Source: Candidatus Multivoradales bacterium (GTDB taxonomy: Bacteria; Acidobacteriota; Thermoanaerobaculia; Multivoradales; JAHEKO01). Taken from it: 64,000 nucleotides of DNA. A model generated the notes under the pieces. The model was not told where the DNA came from. It ran no database searches and saw nothing but the letters and a program-made list of their open reading frames with translations. Numbering within the stretch: the stretch's first letter is position 1; the number at the start of each line of letters is the position of its first letter. Made by a program: the position numbers and the translations under genes. This document shows, in pieces, positions 7,848 through 20,138 of the stretch. Location of the stretch: NCBI GenBank assembly GCA_965248055.1, contig CBDFIJ010000004.1:1056001-1120000 (forward strand). Direction: 5' to 3'.

Positions 7848-9770
7848 CTACCAACCGCAGGTCATGCCCTCGTTCTGCTCGTCGAGCCACTCATGCAGCG
7901 GTGCGAAGTAGTCGAGAATCGCGGTGGCGTCCATCTCGCGCTGACCGGTGAGCACTTCAAGTGCATCCGGCCACGGCTGACTCTGCCCCATCTCCAACAT
8001 CTCATTGAGCTTGGCTCCCGCCTCTTCGCTGCCATAGATGGTGCAACGATTGAGCGGCCCTTCATAACCAGCTAGGTCGCACAGGGCACGATGAAACTGA
8101 AACTGCAGGATGTGAGCGAGAAAGTAGCGGGTGTACGGCGTGTTGCCAGGAACATGGTATTTGGCGCCCGGATCGAAATCCGCTTCGCTGCGCTCGACCG
8201 GAGGCACGATTCCTTGGTACTTCTCGCGCAGATCCCACCAACCTTGATTGTACTCTCCTTCGCTGATTTCACCGGAAAAGACCTTCCAACGCCACTGATC
8301 GACCAGCAGACCGAACGGCAAGAACGCGACCTTGTCCAGGGCATCGCGCAGCAACAGTGCGATGTCCTTGGAAGCCGGAGGCTCTTCGTCGATCAAACCC
8401 AGTTGGACCAAATAGGCCGGGGTCACGGAGAGCGCGATGGCATCACCGATCGCTTCGTGGAAGCCATCATTGGCGCTACTGCGCAGGGTCAAAGGCTGCT
8501 GATTGTAGGCGCGCTGATAGAAGTTATGGCCCAGCTCGTGATGAATGGTGTTGAAGTCTTCGGAATCAACCTTGATGCACATCTTGATGCGCAGATCATC
8601 GAGGTTGTCGAGATCCCAGGCGCTGGCGTGGCAGACGACTTCGCGATCCTGCGGCTTGACGAATAGGGAACGGTCCCAGAAGGTGTCGGGCATGGGATCA
8701 AACCCCAAAGAGGTGAAGAAGGCCTCACCCTGCTCGACCATTTTGATTGCGTCGTACTCGTTGTCCACCAGCAACTGCGTCAGATCGTAACCCGGATCTG
8801 CATCGCTACCGGCGACCACGTCGAAGACATTGCCCCACTGCTGCGCCCAAATGTTGCCAAGCAAGTGCGCTGGAATCGGCTGATCCAGTCCAACCACATC
8901 TTCGCCGTAGTGCTCAGACAGTTGCGAGCGTACGTAGCAGTGCAGGGATTCATAGAGCGGGTTGACTTGGCCCCAAAGACGATCTAGCTCGGCGGCAAAA
9001 TCATCGGGATCCATGTCGTAGTCGGAGCGCCACAGGGATCCGGTGTCCGAAAATCCAAGTTCTTCTGCACCTTGATTGGTCAGCTCTACAAAACGCTGGT
9101 AGTCGTCACGAATCGCAGGCGAAGTGGAACGCCACTGCACCCAGGCTTCCTCCAGCTCAGCGGCATCACGACTCTCAGCGAGAATCCGGGTGAAATCGAC
9201 AATATCCCGGCAGCCCTCGTCTCCCGGCTCCGTTTCCTCAGGGCACCAGGATGCGCTGCCATAGTTGGATTCCATCCCGGCAGCGATCTGCGTCAATTCA
9301 CGAGTCAGGTCCGGGTCGCCGGGGGCCGGCATCGAGAATCCTCGCTGCATGACCGCGATCTGGCGCGCCACGGTCGGGGTCATGTCTTCGATACCGTTGT
9401 AAGCGGCGGCCTCTTTGGCCAGTTCGACACTGCGAGCAATCGCGACCTCGTTGGCCTGCGCCGACAAGATCTCGGTATCCCCAGTGATGAAGTTCTGCTG
9501 TACCCACGCTGCGCGAGCTGCCCGATCGTAGAGGTCGGCCAGATCGGCGTTGGCCGCTTCGACAAAAGCCGCGGCGTCGTCAGCGGTCAGTACCACGGGT
9601 GCGGCGACTTCAGGAGCAGCCGCTGCCGGGGCTGATGCTTCAGAGGGCGCCGCAGGAGCCGCCGGAGTAGCCTCGTGAACATTGATGCCAAAGGCACATC
9701 CGCTCGCCAGCAACAGGATCGCCAACGATCCCCCCAATCCAATTGAATTCATCTTTATCTTCATCAGCAA
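7848..9770 (-). CDS. M2 family peptidyl-dipeptidase (ACE-like), probable lipoprotein
   Basis: HHELGH, GFHEAIGD, PAHLLGN, CHASAW, FDPGAKYH motifs; ASGC lipobox. Confidence 0.95.
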   Translation of the reverse strand: MLMKIKMNSIGLGGSLAILLLASGCAFGINVHEATPAAPAAPSEASAPAAAAPEVAAPVVLTADDAAAFVEAANADLADLYDRAARAAWVQQNFITGDTEILSAQANEVAIARSVELAKEAAAYNGIEDMTPTVARQIAVMQRGFSMPAPGDPDLTRELTQIAAGMESNYGSASWCPEETEPGDEGCRDIVDFTRILAESRDAAELEEAWVQWRSTSPAIRDDYQRFVELTNQGAEELGFSDTGSLWRSDYDMDPDDFAAELDRLWGQVNPLYESLHCYVRSQLSEHYGEDVVGLDQPIPAHLLGNIWAQQWGNVFDVVAGSDADPGYDLTQLLVDNEYDAIKMVEQGEAFFTSLGFDPMPDTFWDRSLFVKPQDREVVCHASAWDLDNLDDLRIKMCIKVDSEDFNTIHHELGHNFYQRAYNQQPLTLRSSANDGFHEAIGDAIALSVTPAYLVQLGLIDEEPPASKDIALLLRDALDKVAFLPFGLLVDQWRWKVFSGEISEGEYNQGWWDLREKYQGIVPPVERSEADFDPGAKYHVPGNTPYTRYFLAHILQFQFHRALCDLAGYEGPLNRCTIYGSEEAGAKLNEMLEMGQSQPWPDALEVLTGQREMDATAILDYFAPLHEWLDEQNEGMTCGW

Positions 9771-9869
9771 TTCTCCTTGATTCTTGTTCCAGCTTGTTCT
9801 CTTGGATTTCTTGAAATCGCCCCAATCGCACCTAGCCCGATCATCGACATCGGGACAAGTTCAGACTGG

Positions 9870-10661
9870 TTATGAGTCGGCTGTAACTAGCTCTCGAGCA
9901 CGCTCCAGAAAGTCAGCCAAACCCATCTCCTCTTGCACTCCCAAGCGATAGTGCAAATGGCGCGACAGATAGGCGTGAGCGGTCGCAACATCCAACTCCA
10001 GTTCTTGGGCGGCGCGCGACTCGATCGCCGCTACTTCCGCGATCCCCAAATCTAGGCTTCGTTGCAGTAGAGCGACGACCTCGGGATCTTCAGCAAGTTC
10101 TTCCCGCGCCGCCCAAACAGCAAAAACAAATGGATGACCGGTCAGAGTCCTCCACTCCGCTGCCAGATCAAGAGAACGGTATCGGTTGCGGTCGATCTTG
10201 AGCGCCGGATCGCCAATCACCAAAGCGGCGTCGGCGTTTTCCAGCATGGTCTCAAGCTGCGGATCTGCGACCACCACTTCGGGTTCCACACCGTAGCGTT
10301 CTTTCAAAATGATCTTGACCAACACTACCGAGGTTCGACTATTGGCATCCAACGCCACCGAACGAATCTGGCTAATCTCGCCGGGACACACCAGCAAGAC
10401 GCTACGGACCTCGTGCGCCGAAGCGACACAAAGACCGGGCAGCCGACGAATGCCGGGAATCCGCAATAGCTCAACCGAAGGTACCAATCCGACGTCAAGC
10501 GAGCCATCGGCCAATCCATCGGCCACCCCCGAGGGCGGCAGATAGACCGGTGTGTACAGAGTCGGATCGTAGCGCTCTGTCAGTAACGCCCAAGCCAACG
10601 GCCAGGCGTTCAGATAGTCGACGACTCCGATCTTGATCTTGTTCGAACTGTCCGCAGTCAT
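9870..10661 (-). CDS. mqnA: Chorismate dehydratase (futalosine menaquinone pathway)
   Basis: YLNAWPL, VRSVLL, SRTSV, LVIGDPAL, DLAAEW..LTGHPFVFAVW. Confidence 0.9.
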   Translation of the reverse strand: MTADSSNKIKIGVVDYLNAWPLAWALLTERYDPTLYTPVYLPPSGVADGLADGSLDVGLVPSVELLRIPGIRRLPGLCVASAHEVRSVLLVCPGEISQIRSVALDANSRTSVVLVKIILKERYGVEPEVVVADPQLETMLENADAALVIGDPALKIDRNRYRSLDLAAEWRTLTGHPFVFAVWAAREELAEDPEVVALLQRSLDLGIAEVAAIESRAAQELELDVATAHAYLSRHLHYRLGVQEEMGLADFLERARELVTADS

Positions 10662-10665
10662 CGTC

Positions 10666-12174
10666 TTATTTTGACATCGCGTTCAGGAAATCCTGATTGG
10701 TATCCATCTTCCTAAGTTTACTGAGCAACAACTCCAAGGACTCGACCGTGGAAAGGGGATTGAGCACCTTACGCAACACCCAGACACGGCGCAGTTCATC
10801 GGCTTCCATCAACAGTTCTTCCTTACGCGTCCCTGACTTGGTGATGTCGATCGCTGGGAATACCCGCTTGTCGACCAACTTACGATCGAGGTGGATCTCA
10901 CAGTTACCGGTACCCTTAAACTCTTCAAAGATCACGTCGTCCATACGACTTCCAGTGTCAACCAAAGCGGTGGCGATGATGGTCAACGAACCGCCCTCTT
11001 CGACGTTTCGCGCGGCACCGAAGAAACGCTTCGGGCGATGCAGAGCGTTGGCGTCCAAACCACCGGAAAGGACCTTGCCGGATGGCGGCTGCACCGTGTT
11101 GTAGGCGCGCGCCAAGCGAGTGATCGAATCGAGCAAGATCACCACGTCTTTGCCGTGCTCGACCAAGCGCTTCGCCTTTTCGATCACCATGTCGGCGACC
11201 TGTACGTGGCGAGTTGCCGGCTCGTCAAAGGTCGAGGAAACCACCTCACCTTGCACCGAGCGCTGCATGTCAGTCACTTCTTCCGGACGCTCGTCGATCA
11301 GCAAGACAATCAAAATCGCCTCGGGATGGTTGGCCGCCACCGAGTGGGCGATCGACTGTAACAACATGGTTTTACCGGTACGCGGTGGCGCGACGATCAA
11401 CGCACGCTGTCCTTTGCCCATCGGGGTAGTCAGATCCAGCACCCGCGAACTCATGTCCTTGGGTTGTTCGAGTCTGATCCGCTCCTCTGGATAGAGCGGG
11501 GTCAAGTTGTCAAAGAAGACCTTCTTACGCGAAATGTCAGGATGTTCGAAGTTGACCGCTTCGACTTTGATCAGCGCGAAGTAGCGCTCGCCATCTTTGG
11601 GTTGGCGCACCTGCCCGGAAACCGTGTCCCCGGTGCGCAAGTCGAAACGTCGGATCTGGCTCGGACTGACGTAAATGTCGTCCGGACCCGGAAGGTAGTT
11701 GTACTCAGGAGCCCGCAAGAAGCCGAAGCCATCGGGTAAGCATTCCAGCACGCCTTCGGCGAAGATCAGTCCGCTCTTTTCGGTCTGCGCCTGCAGCACT
11801 TTGAAAATCAACTCTTGCTTGCGCAAGCTGCCAATCCCCTCGACTTCCAGTTTCTCGGCGATCTCAGTGAGCTCGGGCAGTTTCATTTCCTTCAACGTGC
11901 GGATATCGAGCATCGGACCCCGCTCGCCCTTTCGACCACGACCCCCCTTGCGCCGGCCTCGACCATCGCCTTGGCCAGACTTGTTTCCCCCGTCGCGTGG
12001 GCGGCTCTTGGGCTGATCCTTGGACTGATCCTTGGACTCTTCCGCTACGGCCTCGTTTGAGGCATCGGTATTGTCAGAAGCCAATTTTTCGGCGGTGGGC
12101 TCCTCGGTAACTGTTTCTGAGGAAGCCGTAGCCTCTTCAGTCATGGTGAGTTCTTCTGTGGTTGATTCAGTCAT
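10666..12174 (-). CDS. rho: Transcription termination factor Rho with N-terminal extension
   Basis: [40 protein letters not shown]. Confidence 0.99.
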   Translation of the reverse strand: MTESTTEELTMTEEATASSETVTEEPTAEKLASDNTDASNEAVAEESKDQSKDQPKSRPRDGGNKSGQGDGRGRRKGGRGRKGERGPMLDIRTLKEMKLPELTEIAEKLEVEGIGSLRKQELIFKVLQAQTEKSGLIFAEGVLECLPDGFGFLRAPEYNYLPGPDDIYVSPSQIRRFDLRTGDTVSGQVRQPKDGERYFALIKVEAVNFEHPDISRKKVFFDNLTPLYPEERIRLEQPKDMSSRVLDLTTPMGKGQRALIVAPPRTGKTMLLQSIAHSVAANHPEAILIVLLIDERPEEVTDMQRSVQGEVVSSTFDEPATRHVQVADMVIEKAKRLVEHGKDVVILLDSITRLARAYNTVQPPSGKVLSGGLDANALHRPKRFFGAARNVEEGGSLTIIATALVDTGSRMDDVIFEEFKGTGNCEIHLDRKLVDKRVFPAIDITKSGTRKEELLMEADELRRVWVLRKVLNPLSTVESLELLLSKLRKMDTNQDFLNAMSK

Positions 12175-12190
12175 ATTGTTTCCTTTCGGA

Positions 12191-12775
12191 CTATGTGCTT
12201 ACGGCTACGTCGATCGCAGACCAGAGAGCGCGGAGCCCATCTCCTTTGACAGATGAGAACGGGAGAATCCCGTCGTCGCTGAGCTTGAGGCGGTTTCGGA
12301 TCTCAGCCAACGCTCCGAATCGCTTAGGACGACCGATCTTGTCGATTTTGGTTGCCACCACCAGTGGCCTATACCCGTGTTCGGCCAAGTACTCGTATGC
12401 TTGGACGTCGAGCGAAGTTGCGCCGACTTTGGCATCGACCAACTGCACAACCAACAGGTCGTCAGGGCTTTGCTGAAAGTAAGCGTCGATGAGTTCGGCC
12501 CATCGCTGACGCTCCACCTTGCTCGCCTTGGCGTAACCAAATCCGGGTAGATCAACAAAATAGATCGTGGCATTGATTAAGTAGTAGTGAACGGCTCGTG
12601 TCCGCCCAGGCGTCGACCCAACGCGGGCCAACCCTTTTCTCCCCAGCAGCTTGTTGAGCAAGCTTGATTTCCCGACGTTGGACCGGCCTACAAAGCAGAT
12701 CTGAGGTCGACCGTCGGCTGGGAATGAGCCGTTGCCGGAAACCACATGCTCAAGCTGAGCGCTCTTGACCTGCAT
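12191..12775 (-). CDS. engB: Ribosome biogenesis GTPase EngB/YihA
   Basis: [27 protein letters not shown]; next to lon. Confidence 0.95.
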   Translation of the reverse strand: MQVKSAQLEHVVSGNGSFPADGRPQICFVGRSNVGKSSLLNKLLGRKGLARVGSTPGRTRAVHYYLINATIYFVDLPGFGYAKASKVERQRWAELIDAYFQQSPDDLLVVQLVDAKVGATSLDVQAYEYLAEHGYRPLVVATKIDKIGRPKRFGALAEIRNRLKLSDDGILPFSSVKGDGLRALWSAIDVAVST

Positions 12776-12890
12776 TCTTGACGATCCAATTGTTTTTACT
12801 CGCAGTCTCCAAAGAATCAGTCTTGCCGACTATTCGTGCAGGAAATTTTGAGAAAAAACGGTTCGGAAGAACCCGGGCAGGAAACTGCCC

Positions 12891-15362
12891 TTAGTGGGCG
12901 ACCGATCCGGACTCTACAGGGGATTTCGACGACGACTCTCGAAAATCACTTTTCGACGGGGTCATTGCGACCAAGTCACCATCGAGGGCATATCTTAGTA
13001 CATCGTCCATGGTTTCGACTAGGTGGAACTGCAAAACGTCGCGCACCTCTTTCGGGAGCTCTTCCAGGTCTTTCTTGTTTTCCGCCGGCAAAATGATCTC
13101 GGTCACGCCATTGCGATAGGCGGCGAGAAGCTTGTGTTTGATACCGCCGACCGGCAACACCCGTCCTCGTAAGGTAATTTCCCCGGTCATCGCGACGTCC
13201 CTGCGCACCGCTACCTTGGCCACCGCGGATACCAGTGCCGTCGCCATGGTAATGCCCGCCGAAGGTCCATCCTTCGGGATCGCTCCTTCAGGCACGTGGA
13301 GGTGAATGTCGGTCTCGTCGAAAATTACCGGATCGATGCCCAACTCGGCACATCTGTGGCGAGTATAGGAAGCCGCGGCGCGCGCCGATTCCTGCATCAC
13401 ATCGCCGAGTTTGCCGGTCAAGGTGAGGTTTCCCTTGCCCTTGACCAAGCTGACTTCGGTTTCCAGCATTTCGCCGCCAAATTCGGTCCAAGCCAGCCCA
13501 ATCGAAACTCCTATTTCAGGTTCGTTTTGCTGCTTCCAGGGACGGAACTTGATCGCGCCGAGGTACTCGTTGAGATCGTCAGCAGTGATCTTCACCTTGA
13601 TCTCCTTGCGCTTTTTCTTGTCAGGAGTTTCTTCGACGATTTGTCGCGCCACCTTGCGGCAGACTCGGGCGATCTCGCGCTCAAAGTTACGTACCCCTGC
13701 CTCGCGGGTATAACTGTCAATCAATGCGTGCAGCGCATCGTCGTCAACTGTCACTTGATCGGCACCCAGGCCGTGGGCCTTCAACTGCTTGGGAAGAATG
13801 AATCCGCGAGCGATCTCCATCTTCTCGGCCAGGGTATAGCCGGTTAGCTGGATCACTTCCATACGATCTTTGAGCGCCGGCGGAATCGGGTGCGAAACAT
13901 TGGCGGTGGCGATAAACATCACCTTGGAGAGGTCGTACTCGGTATCCAGGTAGTGATCGACAAAGGCATCGTTCTGCTCAGGATCCAAGACCTCGAGCAA
14001 AGCCGAAGACGGGTCGCCGCGAAAATCCATCGACATCTTGTCGACCTCGTCCAACAAGAACACTGGATTGACAGTGGTCGCCTTCTTCATCAGTTGAATG
14101 ATCTGGCCTGGAAAGGCACCGATGTAGGTTCGTCGATGACCGCGAATCTCAGCCTCGTCGCGCACGCCACCCAACGAAAAACGGACAAATTTGCGGCCCA
14201 TCGCCCGGGCAACCGACTTCGCTAGAGAGGATTTACCGACCCCAGGAGGTCCGACAAAACACAGGATCGAACTCTGTGTCTGCTGGGTCAACTGCCGGAC
14301 AGCGAGAAATTCAAGCACCCGCTCTTTGATCTTGTCCAAACCGTAGTGGTCTTGGTCCAAAACGCTCTGAGCCCGTTTTAGGTCACGATTTTCCCGGCTC
14401 TGCTTCTTCCAGGGTACACCCACCAACCAGTCGATGTAGTTACGAGAAACCGTGGCTTCCGCCGAGACCGCAGGCATGGCGTCCAGGCGATTGAGCTCCT
14501 GGAGCGCCTTCTCCTGGGCCTCCTTGGGCATGCCGCAGGATTCCACCTCTTCGCGCAGGCGTTCAATTTCACCGCTGCGGTCATCTTTCTGACCCAGCTC
14601 TTCATGAATCGCCTTGACCTTCTCGTTGAGGTAGTACTCCTTCTGCGCCTTCTCCATCTGCTTTTTGACCTGAACGTTGATTCGTTTATCAATGTTGGCC
14701 TTTTCGATCTCAACGTCGAGTAGGTCATGTACCCGCTGCAAACGGTCGTAGGGGTTGAGAATCTCCAGCAAGGTTTGCTTCTCGGAAGTGGGCACCATTA
14801 GGAACGCCGCCAGGGCGTCAGCCAACTCGCCGGGACCCTCGGCTTCGATGGTCGAAGCCACGCCCTCTAGGGTTGCGTGCTGGGCAACCTTGGCGTACTG
14901 CTCAAAAGCCGCCAACACCTTGGCCATGTATTCGTCGATCTGCGCATCCTCTGGATAATCGATGTCAAAGGATTCGCCGACCGCGTAGTGGACTCCGTCG
15001 ACCTCCGCGACTTCTCTCATCTCAGCGCGTTTCTTGGCCCGCACCATCACCTTGACATTGCCGTTGGGTAGCTTGACGTTCTGCACCACCTTGGCAATCA
15101 CGCCGACTGTAAACATCTCGTCAAAAGTCGGTTCGTCAATCCGCGGGTCGCGCTGGGCGACCAAGAAGATCTGCTTCTTGTGCTCAGAGAAGCTCTTGCC
15201 CAGGGCCTCGACCGACGCTTCTCGACCGACGATGAACGGTCCCATCATCCGCGGAAAGACCACCATGTCGCGCAGCGGCAATAGCGGAAGGCGGAATTCC
15301 TTAGGGGTGACGAAAGTTCCGGTCCGTGAATTCTCGGTCGCGGGTGGTTTCTTCTCAGCCAT
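12891..15362 (-). CDS. lon: ATP-dependent protease La
   Basis: [28 protein letters not shown]. Confidence 0.99.
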   Translation of the reverse strand: MAEKKPPATENSRTGTFVTPKEFRLPLLPLRDMVVFPRMMGPFIVGREASVEALGKSFSEHKKQIFLVAQRDPRIDEPTFDEMFTVGVIAKVVQNVKLPNGNVKVMVRAKKRAEMREVAEVDGVHYAVGESFDIDYPEDAQIDEYMAKVLAAFEQYAKVAQHATLEGVASTIEAEGPGELADALAAFLMVPTSEKQTLLEILNPYDRLQRVHDLLDVEIEKANIDKRINVQVKKQMEKAQKEYYLNEKVKAIHEELGQKDDRSGEIERLREEVESCGMPKEAQEKALQELNRLDAMPAVSAEATVSRNYIDWLVGVPWKKQSRENRDLKRAQSVLDQDHYGLDKIKERVLEFLAVRQLTQQTQSSILCFVGPPGVGKSSLAKSVARAMGRKFVRFSLGGVRDEAEIRGHRRTYIGAFPGQIIQLMKKATTVNPVFLLDEVDKMSMDFRGDPSSALLEVLDPEQNDAFVDHYLDTEYDLSKVMFIATANVSHPIPPALKDRMEVIQLTGYTLAEKMEIARGFILPKQLKAHGLGADQVTVDDDALHALIDSYTREAGVRNFEREIARVCRKVARQIVEETPDKKKRKEIKVKITADDLNEYLGAIKFRPWKQQNEPEIGVSIGLAWTEFGGEMLETEVSLVKGKGNLTLTGKLGDVMQESARAAASYTRHRCAELGIDPVIFDETDIHLHVPEGAIPKDGPSAGITMATALVSAVAKVAVRRDVAMTGEITLRGRVLPVGGIKHKLLAAYRNGVTEIILPAENKKDLEELPKEVRDVLQFHLVETMDDVLRYALDGDLVAMTPSKSDFRESSSKSPVESGSVAH

Positions 15363-15368
15363 GCTTGT

Positions 15369-16607
15369 TTATCCAGCCTTCTTGAGCAGTGCCAGTGAAT
15401 GGTCCCGCTTGTTGACGATTTCTTCGGTAATCAGACATTCCTTGATGTCGGCCTGCGAGGGCAGGTCGTACATTAGGTCCAACAGCAGGTCTTCGAGAAT
15501 AATGCGCAATCCTCGAGCCCCCACCTTGCGCTGGATCGCCTCGCGAGCAATCGCCGCCATCGCGTTGTCGGTGATCGTCAACTCGACGCCTTCCAGTTCA
15601 AACATCGCCTGGTATTGCTTGACCAAGCTGTTCTTGGGCTCGCGCAGAATCAGTACTAGGTCTTCCTCACTCAAGTCGTTGAGGGTCGCGGTGACCGGCA
15701 ACCGACCGACGAATTCCGGGATCAGTCCGTACTTCACCAAATCTTCTGGCAAAGCATGGATCAGGATCTCTCCAACGCGCTGCTCTTTGCTCTCTTTGAT
15801 GTCGGCACCGAAGCCCAACGACTTGGCGTTCAGGCGGTGCTTGATCTGCTCTTCCAGACCGACGAAAGCGCCACCACAAATGAACAAGATGTCGGTGGTG
15901 TCGATCTGTAAGAACTCCTGGTGCGGATGCTTTCGTCCACCCTGGGGCGGCACATTGCACTGGGTTCCTTCCAAAATCTTCAACAGCGCTTGTTGCACCC
16001 CTTCGCCCGAGACGTCTCGAGTGATCGACGGATTGTCGGTCTTGCGGGCAACCTTGTCGACCTCGTCAATATAGACGATGCCGCGCTGGGTCTTTTCTTT
16101 GTCGTTGCCCGACGCCTGATAGAGCTTCAGAATGATGTTCTCGACATCTTCGCCGACATAGCCGGCCTCGGTCAGCGTGGTCGCGTCGGCAATGGTGAAC
16201 GGCACCTGGAGCACCCGCGCAAGTGTCTGCGCCAACAGCGTCTTACCGGTTCCGGTCGGGCCAATCAGCATGATGTTGGACTTCTGTAGCTCAACATCAG
16301 TGCGATTCTTTTCCGAGTGCTCTACCCGCCGGTAGTGGTTGTAAACCGCGACCGAAAGTTTCTTCTTAGCGTCTTCTTGGCCGATGACGTAGTCATCTAG
16401 CAGCGCTTTGACTTCGCGCGGTTTTGGCAGCTCAGTATCGAAACCGTCATCCACAGCCCGGTCTTCAGCAATGATGTCGAGGCAGATATCCACGCACTCG
16501 TCACAGATGAATACCGTCGGACCGGCGATGAGCTTCTCAACTTCACGTTGGCTCTTGTTGCAAAAAGAACAACGGAGAGTTTCGTCGCTGGTTTCTTTCT
16601 TGGCCAT
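15369..16607 (-). CDS. clpX: Clp protease ATP-binding subunit ClpX
   Basis: CSFC..ICDECV zinc finger, [19 protein letters not shown]. Confidence 0.99.
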   Translation of the reverse strand: MAKKETSDETLRCSFCNKSQREVEKLIAGPTVFICDECVDICLDIIAEDRAVDDGFDTELPKPREVKALLDDYVIGQEDAKKKLSVAVYNHYRRVEHSEKNRTDVELQKSNIMLIGPTGTGKTLLAQTLARVLQVPFTIADATTLTEAGYVGEDVENIILKLYQASGNDKEKTQRGIVYIDEVDKVARKTDNPSITRDVSGEGVQQALLKILEGTQCNVPPQGGRKHPHQEFLQIDTTDILFICGGAFVGLEEQIKHRLNAKSLGFGADIKESKEQRVGEILIHALPEDLVKYGLIPEFVGRLPVTATLNDLSEEDLVLILREPKNSLVKQYQAMFELEGVELTITDNAMAAIAREAIQRKVGARGLRIILEDLLLDLMYDLPSQADIKECLITEEIVNKRDHSLALLKKAG

Positions 16608-16730
16608 AATTCCTCCGCCCTCGGCGTTGCTTCTTAATGCGAAACAAACGCCAACGACCCATAATTCCGAGTCAGCAACAAAGTTATGACTCGGTACTCA
16701 AGCATCTTACCCGCCTGATTCTTTCAGATG

Positions 16731-17333
16731 CTAGACGGCTTCTGGTCCTTTCTCCCGTTTTTCCATCACGCGATCAGCCAAACCGTACTTCACCGCTTCA
16801 TCAGCGGTCAGGATCTTGTCGCGCTCGGTATCTTCGTGAACTCTATCCTTTGGCTGGCCGGTGTGGAGCGCCATGATTTCATCCAATCGGTCCCGCAACG
16901 CCAACATGTCCTGGGCGTGTATTTCAATATCTGTCTGCTGGCCGCCCATACCCTGTATCAACGGCTGATGGATGAGGACTCTGCTGTTTGGCAGCACCGT
17001 GCGTTTCCCTGCGGCTCCAGCGGCGAGTAGCACTGCTGCCATCGAGGCCGCCTGGCCGACGCAATAGGTCGCAATATCCGGCTTGAGATATTGCATGGTG
17101 TCGTAGATCGCCAAACCAGCGCTAACCACCCCACCCGGGGAGTTGATGTAAAGCGAAATGTCCTTTTCTGGACTCTCCGCTTCCAGATAGAGCATTTGGG
17201 CGATGATGAGGCTGGACCCTTCGTCATCAATTTGCCGTCCCAAGAAAATGATGTTGTCTTTGAGCAAGCGCGAATAAATGTCGTACGCGCGTTCACCGCG
17301 GTTCGTCTGCTCCACTACCATCGGTACCAACAT
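16731..17333 (-). CDS. clpP: Clp protease proteolytic subunit
   Basis: [24 protein letters not shown]. Confidence 0.99.
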   Translation of the reverse strand: MLVPMVVEQTNRGERAYDIYSRLLKDNIIFLGRQIDDEGSSLIIAQMLYLEAESPEKDISLYINSPGGVVSAGLAIYDTMQYLKPDIATYCVGQAASMAAVLLAAGAAGKRTVLPNSRVLIHQPLIQGMGGQQTDIEIHAQDMLALRDRLDEIMALHTGQPKDRVHEDTERDKILTADEAVKYGLADRVMEKREKGPEAV

Positions 17334-17336
17334 CGC

Positions 17337-18656
17337 TTATTCCTCCTCGCCAATCACAGATTCGCCGCCGTCCGTCCCACCAGTATCCGGATCAGCGCTC
17401 TCGTTCGGTTCTTGATCTTCCGCAACTTCGCCGAGCAATCGGGCGACCGCCGCCCGGCGTCGCAAGTGTCGACGCAGGCTTTCCAGCCTACCTGAATCCG
17501 CCAACGCCTTGCGCATGGCGACACTGGACACCTTGCGCTCAGTCGCCAATTGACCAATCGCGTTTTGTAGGTCTTCCGGGTCCGCCTCCAGCTCCAAATG
17601 ATCCGAAACCGCATCCAGCAGTAGACGAGCGCGCACTCTGCCTTCACCCCGGGGGGTGAATTCCTGCGCGATTCGCTCCCACTCAATGTCGCCTTTCTCG
17701 ACATCAACCCCTTGTTCCGACAACGCGGTTGCGTATTCAGTCAACATCTCTTGGACCTCGGCGTCCACTGCCCCCTGTGGAGCGTCAAATGGATGCCGCA
17801 GTGCCAGTTGATCAAGCATCGCCGCTTCGCGCTTCGCCATCCCTTCCCGTTGCTTGCCAACTCGCAATTGATCCGCAACCCGCGAGCGCAGCTCGGCAAG
17901 GTCGGTGAATTTGCCAACCTTCTGCGCCAAGGCGTCGTCAAGCTCTGGAAGAATTCTCTCTTTGACTTCTACCAGCTCCACGGAGTGCCGACGCACGATT
18001 TGGCCGCTCTCCGGATCGCCCGGCCGCGTGAACGGAGCGCTTTTGCCAGCCTCAAGACCGGCAAGAGCCTCACTGAGTTCCGGCCAAACGGTTTGCTCGC
18101 CAACTTCCAACATCACAGGACGGACTTCTTCGTCTCCATCTGTTTCGCGAATCTTGACTGTGACCAGGTCACCGTTAGCCGCTGGCCGCTCCACGGGTTT
18201 CCAGTCGCTCGCCTGACGTCGAATGTTTTCCAGCGCCTCATCAATCTCCTCGTCGGTGGGCTCGGCTTCTACCTCTGGCAGGTCGAACGACTCAAGGTCG
18301 CCAATGGTGATCTCCGGGCGAATCTCGACCGTCGCAGCAAATACAAATTTTTCATCGGTCCATTCGACTTCTCCGAGCTGCGGGGAGGTCAGCGGCTGCA
18401 GTTGACTCTCCGCCTCCGCCTGGCGCCAAAAGCGAGGCACGATCCGTTCTAGCGTCTCCTGGCGAATCTCCTCCATGTACCGCTTCTTCACCAAATCCAA
18501 AGGCATCTTGCCTTTGCGGAATCCGGGCGCTTTCGCGGTCTTGCGAATCGAGTGAGTAACTCGCTCCATTTCGGCATCCACCGCGGCCACCGGAACTTCG
18601 ATCGACAGTTCCTTACGCCAGGGGCCAACGTCTTTAATTTCGCGCACTACGCTCAT
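17337..18656 (-). CDS. tig: Trigger factor
   Basis: PGFRKGK motif; position upstream of clpP-clpX-lon. Confidence 0.95.
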   Translation of the reverse strand: MSVVREIKDVGPWRKELSIEVPVAAVDAEMERVTHSIRKTAKAPGFRKGKMPLDLVKKRYMEEIRQETLERIVPRFWRQAEAESQLQPLTSPQLGEVEWTDEKFVFAATVEIRPEITIGDLESFDLPEVEAEPTDEEIDEALENIRRQASDWKPVERPAANGDLVTVKIRETDGDEEVRPVMLEVGEQTVWPELSEALAGLEAGKSAPFTRPGDPESGQIVRRHSVELVEVKERILPELDDALAQKVGKFTDLAELRSRVADQLRVGKQREGMAKREAAMLDQLALRHPFDAPQGAVDAEVQEMLTEYATALSEQGVDVEKGDIEWERIAQEFTPRGEGRVRARLLLDAVSDHLELEADPEDLQNAIGQLATERKVSSVAMRKALADSGRLESLRRHLRRRAAVARLLGEVAEDQEPNESADPDTGGTDGGESVIGEEE

Positions 18657-18787
18657 GATGGATTTCGTTCCTCAGGTCGGGGACACAATGACTCAGCTAC
18701 AGGTTGCCCGCTACTCTTGTGTCTTTGACGTTTGTCGAATCTTGCTGATGCTGAAGGGCCCGGTTCCGATCCAAACTTCCAGTTTCC

Positions 18788-18872
18788 TGGTGCGAAAGGG
18801 GGGACTCGAACCCCCAACCCCGAAGGGACTAGATCCTAAGTCTAGCGCGTATGCCAATTCCGCCACTTTCGC
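18788..18872 (-). tRNA. tRNA-Leu (TAG)
   Basis: GCGAAAGTGGCGGAATTGGCATACGCG, CTAGA-CTTAGGA-TCTAG anticodon arm, long variable arm, GTTCGAG, 3' CCA. Confidence 0.97.
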
Positions 18873-18929
18873 ACGACCCTGGCTCCCAGCTCGCCGAGAA
18901 TCCAGACCAGGTCAAAACAGGGAAGTTAT

Positions 18930-19005
<76 letters not shown>

Positions 19006-19069
19006 ACCGGACCGCGAATAATACGGGAAGGGTCGCTGCCGAGCAAGGAATCCGGCGGCCCCGATAAGG

Positions 19070-19312
19070 TCAGCCGCCTTGGACGAAGCGGACGATTTCG
19101 AGACGGTCATTCGGGGCCAGCAACAGCCGATCAAATTCCGTGCGACGAACAATCTCGCGGTTGCGCTCCACCGCTACGGTTTCGGGTGCCAAATCAAGGC
19201 GTTGCAGTAACGACAATATGGTCAAACCGTCTACCCAAGGATAGGGATTTCCGTTCACCACCATCTCGGTTTCGCTGGACAAACTCTGCTGAACCGTTGA
19301 CGCCTCGCTCAT
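19070..19312 (-). CDS. thiS: Sulfur carrier protein ThiS
   Basis: VNG, VAVERNREIV, DRLEIVRFVQGG C-terminal diglycine. Confidence 0.92.
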   Translation of the reverse strand: MSEASTVQQSLSSETEMVVNGNPYPWVDGLTILSLLQRLDLAPETVAVERNREIVRRTEFDRLLLAPNDRLEIVRFVQGG

Positions 19313-19360
19313 GGCGCAGATTCTACCTTTTGCAGAACGCTGGGTAGCTGTGTACTCGCA

Positions 19361-19981
19361 CTAGATCAAGTAGCGAGCGGTGGCTTGGCGTCCGTCGGTC
19401 TCTGTACGCAGGACCAGCCCGGCTGGACGTCGCGGGCCGACTTCGCAGGAAATCGACAGGTTGCCGTTGGAATCGGTAATCAGAGATTTCAACCGGGTTG
19501 GCGGCCCAAACAAGTCGAAGCGCTCCACTTCCACGGTCGCCCCAGCAACCGCGCGCCCACCCGGGAATGTCAAGCGAGCCTCGACCGCCCCTGACCCGGT
19601 ATCGCCAACGCGCCGCAAGGCGCCAACGTCGACCCAAAACTTGGGGGGATCTTGGCGTCGTCGCTTGTGGCTTCCGATAAGTTCTGCCAGGCGGGCAAAC
19701 AAACCGGGTGCCGTATCGGGTTCCTCCGTCAGCGAGTCGGCCAGAGTCTCCACTTCAGTGTGTCCATCACCGACAAACAAGTCCAGCTCGCCGTGTTCCA
19801 GAACTCCGACGATTTCCTGGTGCTGGGCCGAAGCAGAGTCCTGCTCCGCCTGCTCACAACGGCGGGCAAAAACCACCTGGCCACCCATGTAGATCAAGGT
19901 CTCGACCCCACCCGGAGTCACCTGTGTCTGCACATGGTAGTGATCGCCGCCAACGCGGATGTCGCTATTGAATCCAGTCAT
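19361..19981 (-). CDS. Hypothetical protein
   Basis: ORF, probable start MTGFNSDIRVGGDHYHVQTQ; C-terminal Ig-like-looking segment. Confidence 0.6.
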   Translation of the reverse strand: MTGFNSDIRVGGDHYHVQTQVTPGGVETLIYMGGQVVFARRCEQAEQDSASAQHQEIVGVLEHGELDLFVGDGHTEVETLADSLTEEPDTAPGLFARLAELIGSHKRRRQDPPKFWVDVGALRRVGDTGSGAVEARLTFPGGRAVAGATVEVERFDLFGPPTRLKSLITDSNGNLSISCEVGPRRPAGLVLRTETDGRQATARYLI

Positions 19982-20138
19982 TGCGTCCCAAGGGATACCA
20001 TTGTCCGCATCCCTTGCGCATGAGACAATGACACAAGTCACACTGGAACAATCTGCACGATGTTCCGGTTGACTCTATTGGATGCAAGCGTCGAAAAATT
20101 CTTCGGCTTCAATAAATCAAACTCGGAGGTATCAAAAC

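Noticed and set aside
12005-12040. 12-bp repeat (SKDQ) in the Rho N-terminal extension
   Set aside because: Low-complexity insertions are common in Rho proteins.
15034-16074. Long antisense ORFs (this one, 43464-44462, 21253-22074, 55296-56138 and others)
   Set aside because: Shadows of well-supported genes on the opposite strand, expected at this GC content.
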